From NCBI GenBank assembly GCA_965645245.1, contig OZ287069.1:3038001-3102000 (forward strand): DNA of 64,000 nt, in the 5' to 3' direction. Positions 36,962 to 49,434 of this stretch are shown here, in pieces. This stretch comes from Massalongia carnosa (Eukaryota). Under the pieces are notes generated by a model. It made no database searches, was not told the origin of the DNA, and saw only the letters and a program-made list of their open reading frames with translations. The translations under genes and the position numbers were made by a program. Every line of letters starts with the position of its first letter. Position 1 is the stretch's first letter.

Positions 36962-38050
36962 CCTAGGCGAACTTCAAGGGACAGCGTGAGTCCTCTGATG
37001 GATGCGAACCCCGATCATGGTATATGTGCATATATGTGCAGAGTAAGTTTCTAGTTGTTTCTTTGGAAAGCCAACATAATACTTCAAGCTTTTACAGAGA
37101 CGGAGAGGAATAACGGAGCTTCGGCGAACACTGCCAAGCCGCTAAATAGGCGAAGGTGATTGTTTGGGGTCCTTTGTCGTTTATGGAGATTCTACGTTGT
37201 ACATATGTGCGTTATCAATCAAACACTATGCGAGTTGAACGACAGCTACCGCATCGGAATATCATCGTGTATAATTGTACATGATGGTGCTCTCACCGGT
37301 TTGGGAATGCTGCCCTTCTCAGAGGATGTTTGAACAGGTAAGGTTGAAATGGCTTTGCATGGAAATATGTAAAGGTGATCTTCATTCACTCGCAGATCAA
37401 CAAACAGTAGGTAGAGGGCGCCGGAAAACGATTCCATCATATTGTGCCAGACCTATGCCGGCGGTCTGTTCAATGGCTCGTTGCATGATATTCTCTCATG
37501 TCATGTTCATCTGGGTGCATTGTGTTAACTGACAGGAGATTAATTGATCTTGGAAAGGCAACATAATGTATGCCCCGCTGACCAACCCCTCGCACTATAC
37601 CTAGGAGATGATCGAAATCCAAGGGAAGTACATGTGGGTATTGGAACACCATGCCGCAAAAGGAATTCGTCGCTCGTGAGGATACACGACACCACCAAAG
37701 TGCGGTGGAGATGTCCGCGTGGTGAAAACGATTATGCTTTTGTACCAGAAGATGGGCGGGGACCCGTCAATAACGACCTCCGAAACCGTCCACAAGTACG
37801 AGAACTGAGGTACTCTGAATGAAAAACACCTTGGAAAGTACACAGAAGAAAACTTGAATTAGAACTGACGTGTTTTATTCAAGACGAAACACTGAGACCA
37901 TGCGATGCCCCATCGCAGCAGATCTTGACTAGCTGCACAGAAGGAAAGGCGCAACTTAAAGGCCAGTGCGATAAAAAACATGAAAGGGATACCCTGGGTA
38001 CGCAGGCGATGCTTGTCTCAAAATACTGCCATGGAAAGAAGTATGCCGAG

Positions 38051-39959
38051 TTACGCTTGGTAGCCTCCTCCAAAGTTGTTGCTAGGCGCGTTTGAGGGAA
38101 AACCGCCAGCGCTCTGAGGGCCCCATCCGCCAGAAGGGTTTTGGTCACCACGGCCGTAACCGCCAGCGCTCGCCGGCATCTGAACATTGCCATAGCCTTG
38201 AGGCGTCATCCCTGGTCCTCCAAACCCACCCTGAGGTTGATTCCAGCTACGACCACCAGGGTTCGGTCCTCCCATGGGAGATTGATGGTTCGGCGGATAT
38301 GCTGACATTGAGTTCCCCGAGTTAGACGAATGAGGGGCACCTTGTGGGTTCATGGCTCCAGGCCCGCCGCCGTACTGAGGAAATCCATATCCTGGCGAAG
38401 CTTGAGGGAAGCTCGGAGTCTGGGGCTGTTGAGGGGAATAGCCCTCAAATTGACCGGTTGGAGGACGATCTTTACCCCACTGCGAAACGTTACGTCAGTA
38501 AATGGACCTGTTGATTTCCTGCGCTACTTACGCTGCATTTCAGAGGACGGCCATTAACGTTATAGCCACTTAGTTGGCAGATCGCCATAGCCGCATTTTC
38601 ATGGGTGTCCATCTTAACAAAAGCAAAGCCACGATCGGACTGAAATCTAGTCTCGACAACATAACCAAAATTCTGGAAAAGAGGAACGAGGTCATTTTGA
38701 GTTGTATATGGGGTGAGATTTCCGACATAGCAGGTGGTTTGCCATTGAGGAGTTTGTTGAACCACCATGTCATAGCTTTGCACACCATGGGTGGGAAAGT
38801 GATGGTGACCGAATGGCGTAGTAGGGGTCATTCCCATCGCCGACATGGCTTGCTGTTGAGAAATAGATGGTTGCCCTTTCTGGTTGGCCCAATTGCAGCG
38901 AATGGCACGAGATCCAAGCCACTCTCCATCCATAGAACTAAGCGCTTTCTCCGCGTCACCACGATCACGGAATGCGACGAACCCATAACCACGAGAGCGG
39001 CCGGTCTTCATATCCCACATGACACGAGCTTCGGAAACTGAGCCGAAGGCGGAAAATGCTTGAAGGAGTACCTCGTCATTGACTTCATTGCTAAGATCAC
39101 CAACAAAAATATGAAAGTGGTTGGAGGTATCTTCTTTGCTAGAATTGTTCGACTGGTAAGCCCAGTTAACGCGAATTTCCTGCCGACCGAATCAGCGATC
39201 ACTAATCTGTATGATATTTACTTGCGGGGGCCTACAGCTTGGTGGACTCGTCGACCATTGAGAGTTGCCATAGCGCGCTCGGCGGCTCCTGGATCGTCGT
39301 ATTCAATGAAGCCGTAATTGAAACCCTTGCTCTTGACACGGATCAGCGTGTGTAGAATTCAGTGGGGAAACATACATAAGAGCGTGTGTTGACGTGTGGA
39401 TAAAAAATTTCAAAATCAACAAAACTTGGGAGGGCTCGCTATCTGAAGCTAGTGCGGTATCGAGTCTTCATACCGCCATTTTATCATCGATAACGCGCTG
39501 AACAGCATAATTGAAATGGTTCAAAGGAGAATAATGGATTTTACTTACAGCACCCACATTCTTATCAGGAATGATTTTCACATTTTGTACATGCCCAGTA
39601 GTCTCGAAAATTTGGCGGAGTATGTCCTCCGTAACTCTTGGATCTAACCCCCCCACATATAATGCACGCTTGTTTGGCTCCGGAGCAGCGCGACGAATGA
39701 AACTGCTCGTGGCAGATGACGGCGACATCATTCCGCTCTGGTCGCCTGTGATCGGCGATGTCATCGCGGTTGGTATAGGATTGGTGTTCTGGGGAATCAC
39801 CACCGGTGGCAATGGAGGGGGTGGCATATGTGCCGGGTTTCCCTGACCATTGCTCGTGCCGTTATCGTATACCTCTCTGCCGGGGGCTCCTACGAAGGTT
39901 TGGGGTGGGGGCGGAAGGGGTATGGAGGACGAGGAGGAAAGGGCTTCGGTGTCGGCCAT
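38051..39959 (-). CDS. PUB1: Pub1/TIA-1-like three-RRM RNA-binding protein with Q/G/P-rich tail
   Basis: RALYVGGLDPRVTED; SKGFNYGFIEY; EIRVNWAYQ; HIFVGDLSNEVNDE; RSRGYGFVAF; TCYVGNL; LKCS|WGKDR. Confidence 0.92.
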
Positions 39960-40981
39960 CGCGAAAAGCTGGCTGATCGTTGCAAAAACTTAAGAGAGAA
40001 TTGGAACAGAATGAGAATTTCGAAAGATTCGGCAGCAGCTTGAGCGCCTGGTGAAAGGATGCGAGTAATACGAGTAGCAGGCGACCTCTAGAGAGCAATA
40101 ACGTGAGTGGAGGCCGCATTGCAACAAGAATATTACTTCACATACGATTGGTCAAACTTGAATTGTTGTGGGTGAACAAGCTAATGCTACCGCTATCACG
40201 AGCTTTTGCGAATGATATGGCTGCAGCTACTTTGCAAATAAAAAAGCTAACAGAGCGGGTAGTGAGCAGTAGTAGATTTCGCCGAGCGCCTGGTGTAGGA
40301 GTACGTTTATCGACTGGAGGAGAGAATATGAGAAGAGATAAAATGTGAAAAGGAAAGGGAAATGACGAAAGGAAAGAGAGGAGAGCCACTCGAGATTTCC
40401 CTGACGCTGATACTGGTCCACGAATTATGTGGAAGAAAAGATGCGAGAAGTTGGGGGAGTTTGTCGAGGAAAGCTCTCAATCTTTCGACTAAATAACGAA
40501 ACACGAAGCGCTAGTCGCGAGTGGGTGCGTGGGTTCAAAGGAACGTAAGGTACCCCATCTTTCCTACCTTGACGTGGGAGAAGGGCGGACAGGGCGAGAA
40601 TGTGTGTCTATTCGCCATTTTTCGATGTCATTTGGCATGGTTCGTTTAAGCATTGTTCTCGTCAACACTTTGCACGGGGAACTCGGCATTTTCACGGTGA
40701 TGTGAATTACTTTCTACACATTCCATCGCCTCGCAACAGATGAATGAGAACAAAAGGGTACCGCCTAGCGTGGCTCATCAGTGTATTTTATCGACAAAGC
40801 GAGATGCCGCTAGTAAGTTTACCTGTACATGCATGGCCCGTGCGCACTGAGCAAAGAGCCTCTTCTATTGTCTCTATTCTCCATCCTTCATTCTTTATTC
40901 TTGCGACAACCATCCCCAATTGAGGTGGCATATGATTAGCCTTCGACGTCGTATTTCGACGGAAAACGATGCTCTGCAGCC

Positions 40982-42326
40982 ATGGCAGATCTTCAGCCGC
41001 CAGAACATCCTTTTGAGGTCCTTTCCGCCATGCTGAATTTAGTGGTAGGTATAAGAAGACTCGGGGCAATGTGATACCAAGCGAGAGTTGCTAATTCATA
41101 CGCCGTACAGCTCGTTCAGGCTGGAAAGTTTTTCAAAGATCCTTCTTTGCATGATCCCAAACATCTCGTCCTCACAAGAGGTCTCATAAATCAGGTGGTT
41201 CCAACGGCCAACCGCAGGTTCCATGATGCCCTTGATGAAATCGAGATCGAGATAGTAAGTGTCATATTATTGTAAGCTTTCATTGACCGCAAATCCGGTA
41301 TCCTGGGAGGGTTTAGAAAATTGCGATGATCAACGCTTCCATATCGAATATCGGTTCCTCAAGAGCTAATCGTGGCTCCAGATCAGCGCTAAATCTGTCA
41401 TGGAACGCGATCTTGCTTTGATTCGGACAAAGCGAGTAGAACGAGAACGGGCCGCAGGGGTACTCAAGGCGCAAAGTTCTTTGGAGGAGTTCAAAGGTGA
41501 TCCGTCAGAAAAAACCATTGAGAGCGGAGAAGAAGCATCAAAAGGGCGTTTAGTCGATGGATCCGAAAAGCAAGAAATGGACGACGTAGTCATGTTGGAC
41601 CAGCCTATTGAAAAACAACTACAAGGTCATTCTATAAATTCAAGACCTGCCCCCAAAACTGCAGGGTTGGGAAGGACTGAACCGGTTGCACAAAATATAT
41701 CTCAGAACGCCAATGACTCCAAAGGCTTAGTCGTTTCTACTGATACATATTCACTAGAGAAGAAGCCGCCGTCTAGTGTTGCTTCGAAAGCGCCTAACAA
41801 CGACGTTTCGCCAGAACAGCAATTAGAAACACCTACAACAGCAAATCTTCGAGATACTGATTTTGAGACAATGTTCAATGATACGGAGAATACAGAAGGC
41901 CACGACGAAATGGATTTTGAATTCGACTTCTCTGGCAATGCAAGCATCAATAGGGAAGTCCTCGACATTACTTCACTCAAAAATGCTTCTATGAACAATG
42001 AAGATCTGTCCAACTTCGTCACGACCTCCACTGAGGATATAAATACCCTTCTCCCAGGCTTGGAGAGTTATGTCAACAACGCAGGAGACGACTTTTTAAC
42101 AACCGAAATGGCTATGACTTCTACGCTACCTATTAGCGACCCAAACCGAAATGCATCCAAATATGTTGCCTCCGCTTCTCAAGGCTTCGGAATAGCAGCA
42201 GCACAGCCCAATTTCGATGATCCTTTCTCGTTTAATGACTTTGGAGGATCTGGAGATTATGACATGAGTGGAGAAGGAAACATTGACGATATTGGAGACT
42301 TTGATGACTTGTTTAAAGCTGAGTAA
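40982..42326 (+). CDS. Hypothetical protein, possible divergent Mediator tail subunit Med2/Med29, 3 exons
   Basis: Exons 40982-41044, 41111-41254 and 41382-42326 splice in frame with canonical sites. A helical N-terminus (RRFHDALDEIEIEIISAKSV..ERERAA) precedes an acidic F/D-rich tail. Confidence 0.7.
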
Positions 42327-42727
42327 AATAGAGGTACCTTTGGGGTAATACTTGTGAGATTTTGAAATTCAGGCCGTGGAGGTTTAGACGTGTCTTCCAA
42401 GTACTGTAGGTTTGCGTCTGGAGCTCAAATCAAGTCGAGTTTAATGGAACACACGCTAAAAGAAAACAATGGGAAATTCATATCACAAACTAGTGGTGGT
42501 AAATTTTCCAATCAATAATACGACAGCATTATCGAAAGGTCCAGAAGTGAGCTCTGAATTGCTCCAAATAGTCTTGAATGCTGATTCCATATATTAGTGT
42601 TCTTAAAATACATGAGCCTAATCTTCACGCCTCTAAACCCTTTTCCGAAAGTTCCTTTAACAGCCCTGCACAGGAATTTTGGCTTTACAACCTACTAGGC
42701 TTATCAAATCTACCAACCCGACCTCCC

Positions 42728-43100
42728 ATGAAGTCACCTTTACTCTTGCTCTTCTCCCCGCCATGCCACCAGTGGCATGTCACTACCGCCCTATGTTGAG
42801 ACCCCTCAGTCGTTCAAGTTGATCAAGATGGAGACGCTGGATATGGATATCCTTAGCATAACTCATATTTCCGAGCCCGGGTTTGCGGTCATGAGTAGCG
42901 ATGACATGGGCAAGCTTACCAGCTAGGTTGCCAGCTTCTTAGAGTGGAATTAAACCATGCGGGGTTACAGGAAAGCTGACGATGAATGGGAACGGCAAAG
43001 CGTTGGATGGAGGGTGGATTTCTCATTTGATATTATGTCCGGGGCCTCTTCGAATGATATCATCGGGACTCAGAATGATGGAAAGGAGAAAGGGGATTAA
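42728..43100 (+). pseudogene. Possible decayed small secreted-protein gene
   Basis: A signal-like start (MKSPLLLLFS..ATSGMSLPP) needs a frameshift; the reading frame is broken by TAG and TAA. Confidence 0.25.
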
Positions 43101-43749
43101 GGGAACAAATCATCAGTAAATAACAGGGAAAGCGCTCGTTTTTACACAACACCTTTCCTGGATGGGCTCCGAAAACTTCACCACTATAAATCACCCGCTC
43201 TAGGCCCGAGACATCTTTTCCAGTGTTGAAACATGCTGGAAAGTTGTGTGAATTCCCTATCTGCTTTCAGCGTTCACACGGCTTGTAACTGTTCGAGATC
43301 TCATATAAACACTTTGATGGGTTCCACCAACAAGCACGAGTTCGTGGCCTTTGCTGCTTGAGAGCGTGGTCAAACCTGCTTAGTTCTTTCGTGTTTGACC
43401 TTGCAGCCCGAGTTTCGGAAGTTGGTTTAATCTTGCAAACAGGACACCGTCTGTTCTCCAACACGATACATCGAGTCAAACTCTCGTGTCAGTTTGTACG
43501 TGTTGCCAGGTTGACAAGACACAAGGGAAATTATATATTGTAGCACATTAGCTCTGGAAAATTTGCTTATCTTGACGTGCAGAGCAATTGTGGGCGATCC
43601 AAGTCTATAGGATCACCATTCCAAGGACTGAAATTAATGCACCAACGCTCGATGCGATTCAATAATCCAAACAGCGGTCGTCACCGCGGCGGATTATCCT
43701 CGTGCAACTGCCATGAATGCAAGCTTCGTCTTTCACCGTTCGATTTAGG

Positions 43750-45500
43750 CAGCTGGCTTGACGAACAGAGAATTCCAGAACCTAAAAGGGATGATGTCAA
43801 GGCGCTACGAAATCCAAAGATTTGTCCGAGTACCCCAAGCTTGAACTTGTCCCAAAGAAGCGTTCGGGCTTCCGCATCAAGCTCTTGCAAACTATAGACG
43901 AAGAGATGTGGCCTGTTTGAACCCGCTCAGGAGTACTCTCTATCGAAAGAAGCATTTACCTTTCATGATCTTTGACCAACTGGACAAGGAACTTCTCCGC
44001 TCGGTCTTAAAGGAAACGTCTTCCTAACATGGGCATCTTGGCAGATGCCGCCTGGCATTTACTCCACGACAACTCGGGCTAGCTTAGGAACGACGTCACG
44101 TATTACCCTCTCGCTCTTTAAAGGACTCCTTGGCGCAACTAAACTGGATGTTCTCGCCACGCTTGTACATCAAGTGATCCACGCCTACTATTTTTAGTGC
44201 TGTGGCTTTCGCCAAAACGCCGACGACGGCTCGGGCCACAATCTCCGGCATAGACACCAGTTCCGAGCGCCTCTCCTTCCAATCAGCGAGCGGTGCTCCC
44301 TCAACGGCCAGGAAATCCCAACCTCCGAGCCTGCGTCCATTCGACGCCAAGGTCTATCGCTCGCTTCATCCAACAGCAATTGTTGCCGCCATGCCTTTAC
44401 CATTAAAAATATTGATCGCGAGAATTTGGCGACGGATGGCCATTGGCGAAACCCTTTCGCTAGAACAGAGACGGAAGAAAAAATCCGTGCAAAATGCTAA
44501 TCAAATTGCAAATATCCAACTTCCCAGATACGGCATTTTCTTTTATCCTTGAGTGAAGGATCGGAAACTCACCTATGACGGCCACCGAGTTCTCTCTGCT
44601 GAATTCCGGTTTTTATGGCCGAACACCATTTACAACAACGTAACTCTGTAGCGGAAGCATGTCATGGAGCTGTACTTCCAATCTCACGCCTACACTGTTC
44701 ACAACCCTTACTTCTCCTATCTCCTCGCGCTCGCTACCTTATCCCATTTCACCCGGAATGGTATCATTACCCTTCCCTCATAAGCTAGCCTCACCGATTT
44801 AGGAATCCTTTACTCCTTTTTCCAGCACCCTTCGACCCCAAGCCTCTCCCCTCATCAGCAACCAAATTCCCCCCTCATCTTTCCCCAGTAACCTTCCATC
44901 CCACCTATCTTGGAACCCTACATCTCGGTTTACACCCTCTCCCGTCTCCTCGCCTTCCCACCCCTCGCAATCCATGCCCTCGCCATCCTCTACTCCTACC
45001 CATATATGCGCGAAACCCCCCTTACTATCCTCAAAGCCATCTACCACCCCCCTCACCGGGCCGCCTCTTCATTTCCACCCGACAGTATCCTCCGCGAGCG
45101 GACTAGATCTTGGCTGGCGTGCCCCTTTTCCGGGGAGCTGGACCGCTACGCTAGCAAGTTCCCGACCAACTTGGCCGTCATGCAGCGGTATCGAGACTAG
45201 GAGCAATACATACGCCTACGCGAACGCGGCGCCGTGCTCGTAACGGATCTGGATGATGTGAAGCGCAGCCTCGCGCAAGCGCAGAAAGCGAAGGAGCAGC
45301 TAAAGGCGGAGTCTAAGCCCGACGCTGCACGGCCGCCATTTAGGCCGTTATATGCAACGGATCATAATTGTTGGCTACCGGATCTTCGCACCTAACCCTT
45401 TCTTGGCCCCGATATACCGCCTAGTAGTTTAATTCCTTCGTCAAGCCTGACGCCAGTATCTTCGGGGCAGGCGGATGGTAGGTATCTCGAGCGGGTAGTG
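43750..45500 (+). pseudogene. Pseudogene: SprT-like (HQxxH) region plus BTB-like region
   Basis: FMIFDQLDKELL..NVFLTW..LATLVHQVIHAYYF*CCGF (TAG 44195-44197, frameshifts), then YISVYTLSRLLAFPPLAIHAL..PLTILKAIY. Boundaries approximate. Confidence 0.55.
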
Positions 45501-46844
45501 CAGGGGCAACGCGAGAGGGGCAAAAGAAGAGACGAGGCGGGCCGTGGATAGTGAGAGGGAGATGGAGGATAAAGAGCAGGAGGAAGAACAGAAGCTGGAG
45601 GAGAAAGAGTGAGAGCGTGAGCATGAGCGCGAAATATAGAGAGCTTCGGGAATGGGTACTATTTAGATATTCCTCCCCCCGGGGGTTCGAGGGGGAGATC
45701 ACGTCGATCGCTCTGGGTGATAGGGATAGGAAGACGGGGAATGGAAGGATCAGGCCAAACCCTTGCGTTGGACAGCTAAGCAGGTACCCCATGTTTTGGG
45801 ATTTGGTTAGGTAGTTTAGTTAGATGTCCGGTTTCTCTTTTCCTTTCATTTCCTTTCCTTTTCTGTTTTTTTAGGAGCACAGAGGGAGGGAGGTAGAGGA
45901 GGCTGTCTTTACCTCTCGACATTTTCTCGATGGAGTTGGGGGTTTTCTTTGCGCCTTGTCTTGCCTTTTCTCGCCTTTCTTTCTAGCCTTTTCGCGCATC
46001 TATTCGTGTTCGGCTATTCCATCCTTCCTTCCTTTATCCTTACTCCTCCTCCTTTTCTCTTTCGGGTCGGGGAGGATGGTTGGTTGATACGCGTTTTCTT
46101 TCTTTCTTACTTATGACTCATCCCTCCCTACTTCCCCCCCTCATCATATTCCATCTCAACTTAATTCAACTCAACCCAATCCAACCCTTGCTTTCCCCCC
46201 CTCCCTTTCGCAATACCTATTGCAATCCCCCCTCCCCCTTCACTTTTTCTTCTCTTTCTCACTTCCCGAGCAGGTATTTAACTTTGACATTTCTATCTAC
46301 CTATCTATCTATCTATATATGTATATATAGATAGAATAAAACCACTTGATTATCCCAAATCCCCTCCTGTCCGTATTGTGTTGTGATATGATACAGTCGA
46401 GATCGGGGGAGATCGGGGGAAAACGGGAGGTAAACCCCTGAAATGTTACTTCTTATTGTTGTCGCTGTTGTTGTTGTTGGTGGTGGTGGTGGTGATGGTA
46501 GTGGTGTGGATATATTTCGAATGAAATGGAATCGAAATCAACAATTGTTCTTTCATTCATTCGTTCATTTCCTTCTATTTTCCTTTTCTTTTCCTCTTCT
46601 TCTTCTTCAATTATAAAAGGAGGGGGAGTTAAATGTCCCTCTGTATCAAATTCCTCTTCTCTATCTCTTACCCCCTACCTCTACTTCTCAACCCCTCAAC
46701 CCCTCAATCCCAACCCCAACAAACAAAACAGCTAGAAGAGAACTCCCAGATCCTAGGCATCAGCTCAACGAACAACCCCCCCCCCACAAAAATCATCGCT
46801 AACTTGGAGCGGTTGCTGATTAAGTTAGGTGGTGGTTGGGGACG

Positions 46845-47361
46845 TTTCGGTGGGGGGGATTGGGAGCAACACCAGTAGGAACGGCTTCTCAGGTCGCCGA
46901 TGAGTTGGAACGCTGGGTTGAGGAGGCAGACGTTGACGGATTTAATTTTGTAAGCACCATTCTTTTTACAACCCGATCATCGTGTACCCCATCCCAACCC
47001 TTCTAGACCACCAGTCCATGCAATTTTCTCAAATTTCATTCGGCAAGCCAATTTACCAACCACATTATACTCTCGATTTCGCATCTTGTGTGATCTTTCC
47101 TGTTTTAACTTGTACTTCCAGGCCTATGCCATCTTCCCCTCCTCTTTCCAAGACATAGCCGATCTGCTTATTCCTGAGCTCCGAAAACGAAGCCTATTTT
47201 GGTCCGACTACGCGGTACCGGGTGGCACATACCGCGAGAACGTGTACGCGCAAAAAGGACAGACACGACCGCTTGATGAACATGTGGCGGCTAGATACCG
47301 TTGGAAGGCGGGTGTAGCGAAAGAAGAGCATGTCATACCTAGCCAAGTATCTGCGACCTAA
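46845..47361 (+). pseudogene. 3' fragment of an NtaA/DszA-type luciferase-like flavin monooxygenase
   Basis: GGLGATPVGTASQVADELERWVEEADVDGFNF | intron | AYAIFPSSFQDIADLLIPELRKR..YAVPGGTYREN. No N-terminal coding sequence upstream, only low-complexity DNA. Confidence 0.75.
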
Positions 47362-47799
47362 AGGGGCAGTCTTGCAATTGAACATATGACATTGAGAAGG
47401 GTTGGGAAAGGATCAGTACACGAGAGGAACTGGCGCGTAGGCAAGGTATTTTAACTTGTAGAATAGGTAAAATTACAGTAGATGTCATAGTTTATATTAG
47501 TAGATAGCTCCAGATACCTAACACCTATCTCTTCCCCGGGTTGCGTGTTATTTAACAAAGGGGTTGGGATTGCTATGGAGAGCGGCGACAGGTATGTACG
47601 GAATAACTACGGAGTAACTACATGTCAGATACCATATTAGTTTCACCTAGGTCACATAACATGATTACAGAAAGCATCAGAAATTATCAAAGCTAATGCT
47701 TAGCCTTAAATACCCTATCTGAGGAAGCACTGCGGGCATTTGGTGGGGTTGTTCTTCTGTGCTTTTAGGTTGCTCCTACAAATGCTTTCATCTGAACAT

Positions 47800-48750
47800 A
47801 CTCAGCCTTGAGGAGGTATGTAAATGCAGGATGGCATAAGTCGGGTCATATACCATACTGGGGGCGCAGGTGTTTTCGCGTGCCTTACTGGCCAGAGAGA
47901 CCATTGCTGCGGAAGTGGCTGCGAAAGCCTATGTACATGGGAATTATAATCCTTGCGCCAGAGTTTGGTGCTAGCGTGGCCATGGAAGACTATCAAACGT
48001 GCGTTCTCTGCTCATTCTGATGCTCGGAGCAGGAACAGTGTTAGAAAGAAACTGACCGTAACCCACGCTTTCTATGCAAATATGGGTGGGTTCGCTCTTC
48101 GATCTCGTTATCAGAAACACCTACACAGAAACAGGAATCAACGGTAGGAAAAGCCAAGCCAATAAGGGGATCTCTGTTTGCCGTTACAGCCCTCCGAGTT
48201 TATACTGTTGCAATTTAAGTGTTTATAGTCAGGCTAAGGAATCCAATCATGTCAATATAAGCTTGACAAGATCTTGTTTAGTGCTTTACGCTGAGAACAT
48301 TCAAGTCATAATAGCGACGATCATTCACGATCATGATAAGTTCCACGATTTTACAAAAGTCTTTGTTCTTGTTTAGTCAAGTTGACTGTTGATACAAAGT
48401 ATTGCACGAATATCGGTTGTGTTACTCTATCGTTAACAGAACTAGAGCTAGTGATCATGGTATACATTGTTTGCGTTATTTTATCTCGTACATAAGAAAC
48501 CCCCCAACCTTTTGAAATCGTTTTCACAACACAGAACGTCGAAATATACTTTCGCAAATCAATAATACTCGTGTTTACCCCCTTTTGCACCAGCGCTAAA
48601 AGTAAAAAGATCAGAACAAACCTAAATCTTTATGTAATTTTCTGAAACCTTCAGTATCATTAGTTCACATAGTCATAAACTCAATCACATCACTCTGTGA
48701 GAATGGAAAACTTTTTCGTTGTCATAATCACTATGGTAGTTGATTTTGAT
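47800..48750 (+). pseudogene. Pseudogene of an uncharacterised fungal multipass membrane protein family
   Basis: Family motifs ILAPEF, THAFYANMGGF and DK.HDFTKVFVLV*SS*LLIQSIAR..LTELEL, with stops where Q and W are expected, plus frameshifts. Confidence 0.6.
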
Positions 48751-49434
48751 TTTGTGATTAGTAATCAGGAAGTCTAACATAGTGGCCGCGCTTAGCGCTA
48801 GTGCAAAAGTGGTTTAGCACGATTATGGACCGTGAGAAGGTTCAGGAAGTTTTGCTTTCTCTATTTATTTATTTTTCTTTTCTTCTATCCTCAATTTTTT
48901 TTTAAAAAAATATGGGTGCACTGCCTCACAACTAAACTCCCGTTTTGTCGCGATTCTTCGAAGATTCTGGTTAGCCACAATGAACAGGGCGAAAAAAAAA
49001 GAAAATGGCTACTCAGAGTAGGATGGTAGCTGGCTAAAAACTCACGATCTAGACTGAGAGTTTTCCCTTTTTCTGCCTGCTGCTTACGCAAGACCACCTC
49101 ACAGTTACAGGCTGTTGGTTCGGTTGGACCAAACGAGTATTTTCTGGCATGCAATACGGATTTCTTAACAGGTGTAGGCAGTCCTCTGAACATTATGTCC
49201 CCCGCTTCACGGGGTGGTTGGTATTACATGACGTATCTGCACTTTAGGTTCCTGCAATGACAAGTCGTTGTAGTAAACTAATATCTTCAATTTCTCCGTT
49301 GCTTACCTCTATCTGTTTAAGCTCCTGGTAGCCTAGTTTATCTACTCTCTGTTTCATTCCTATTTACAAAGTGGGCCTCCTTGCTTTTGACGCTTCCACC
49401 GCCTGTACGGACTTCACTAGCAGATTCTCCGGTC

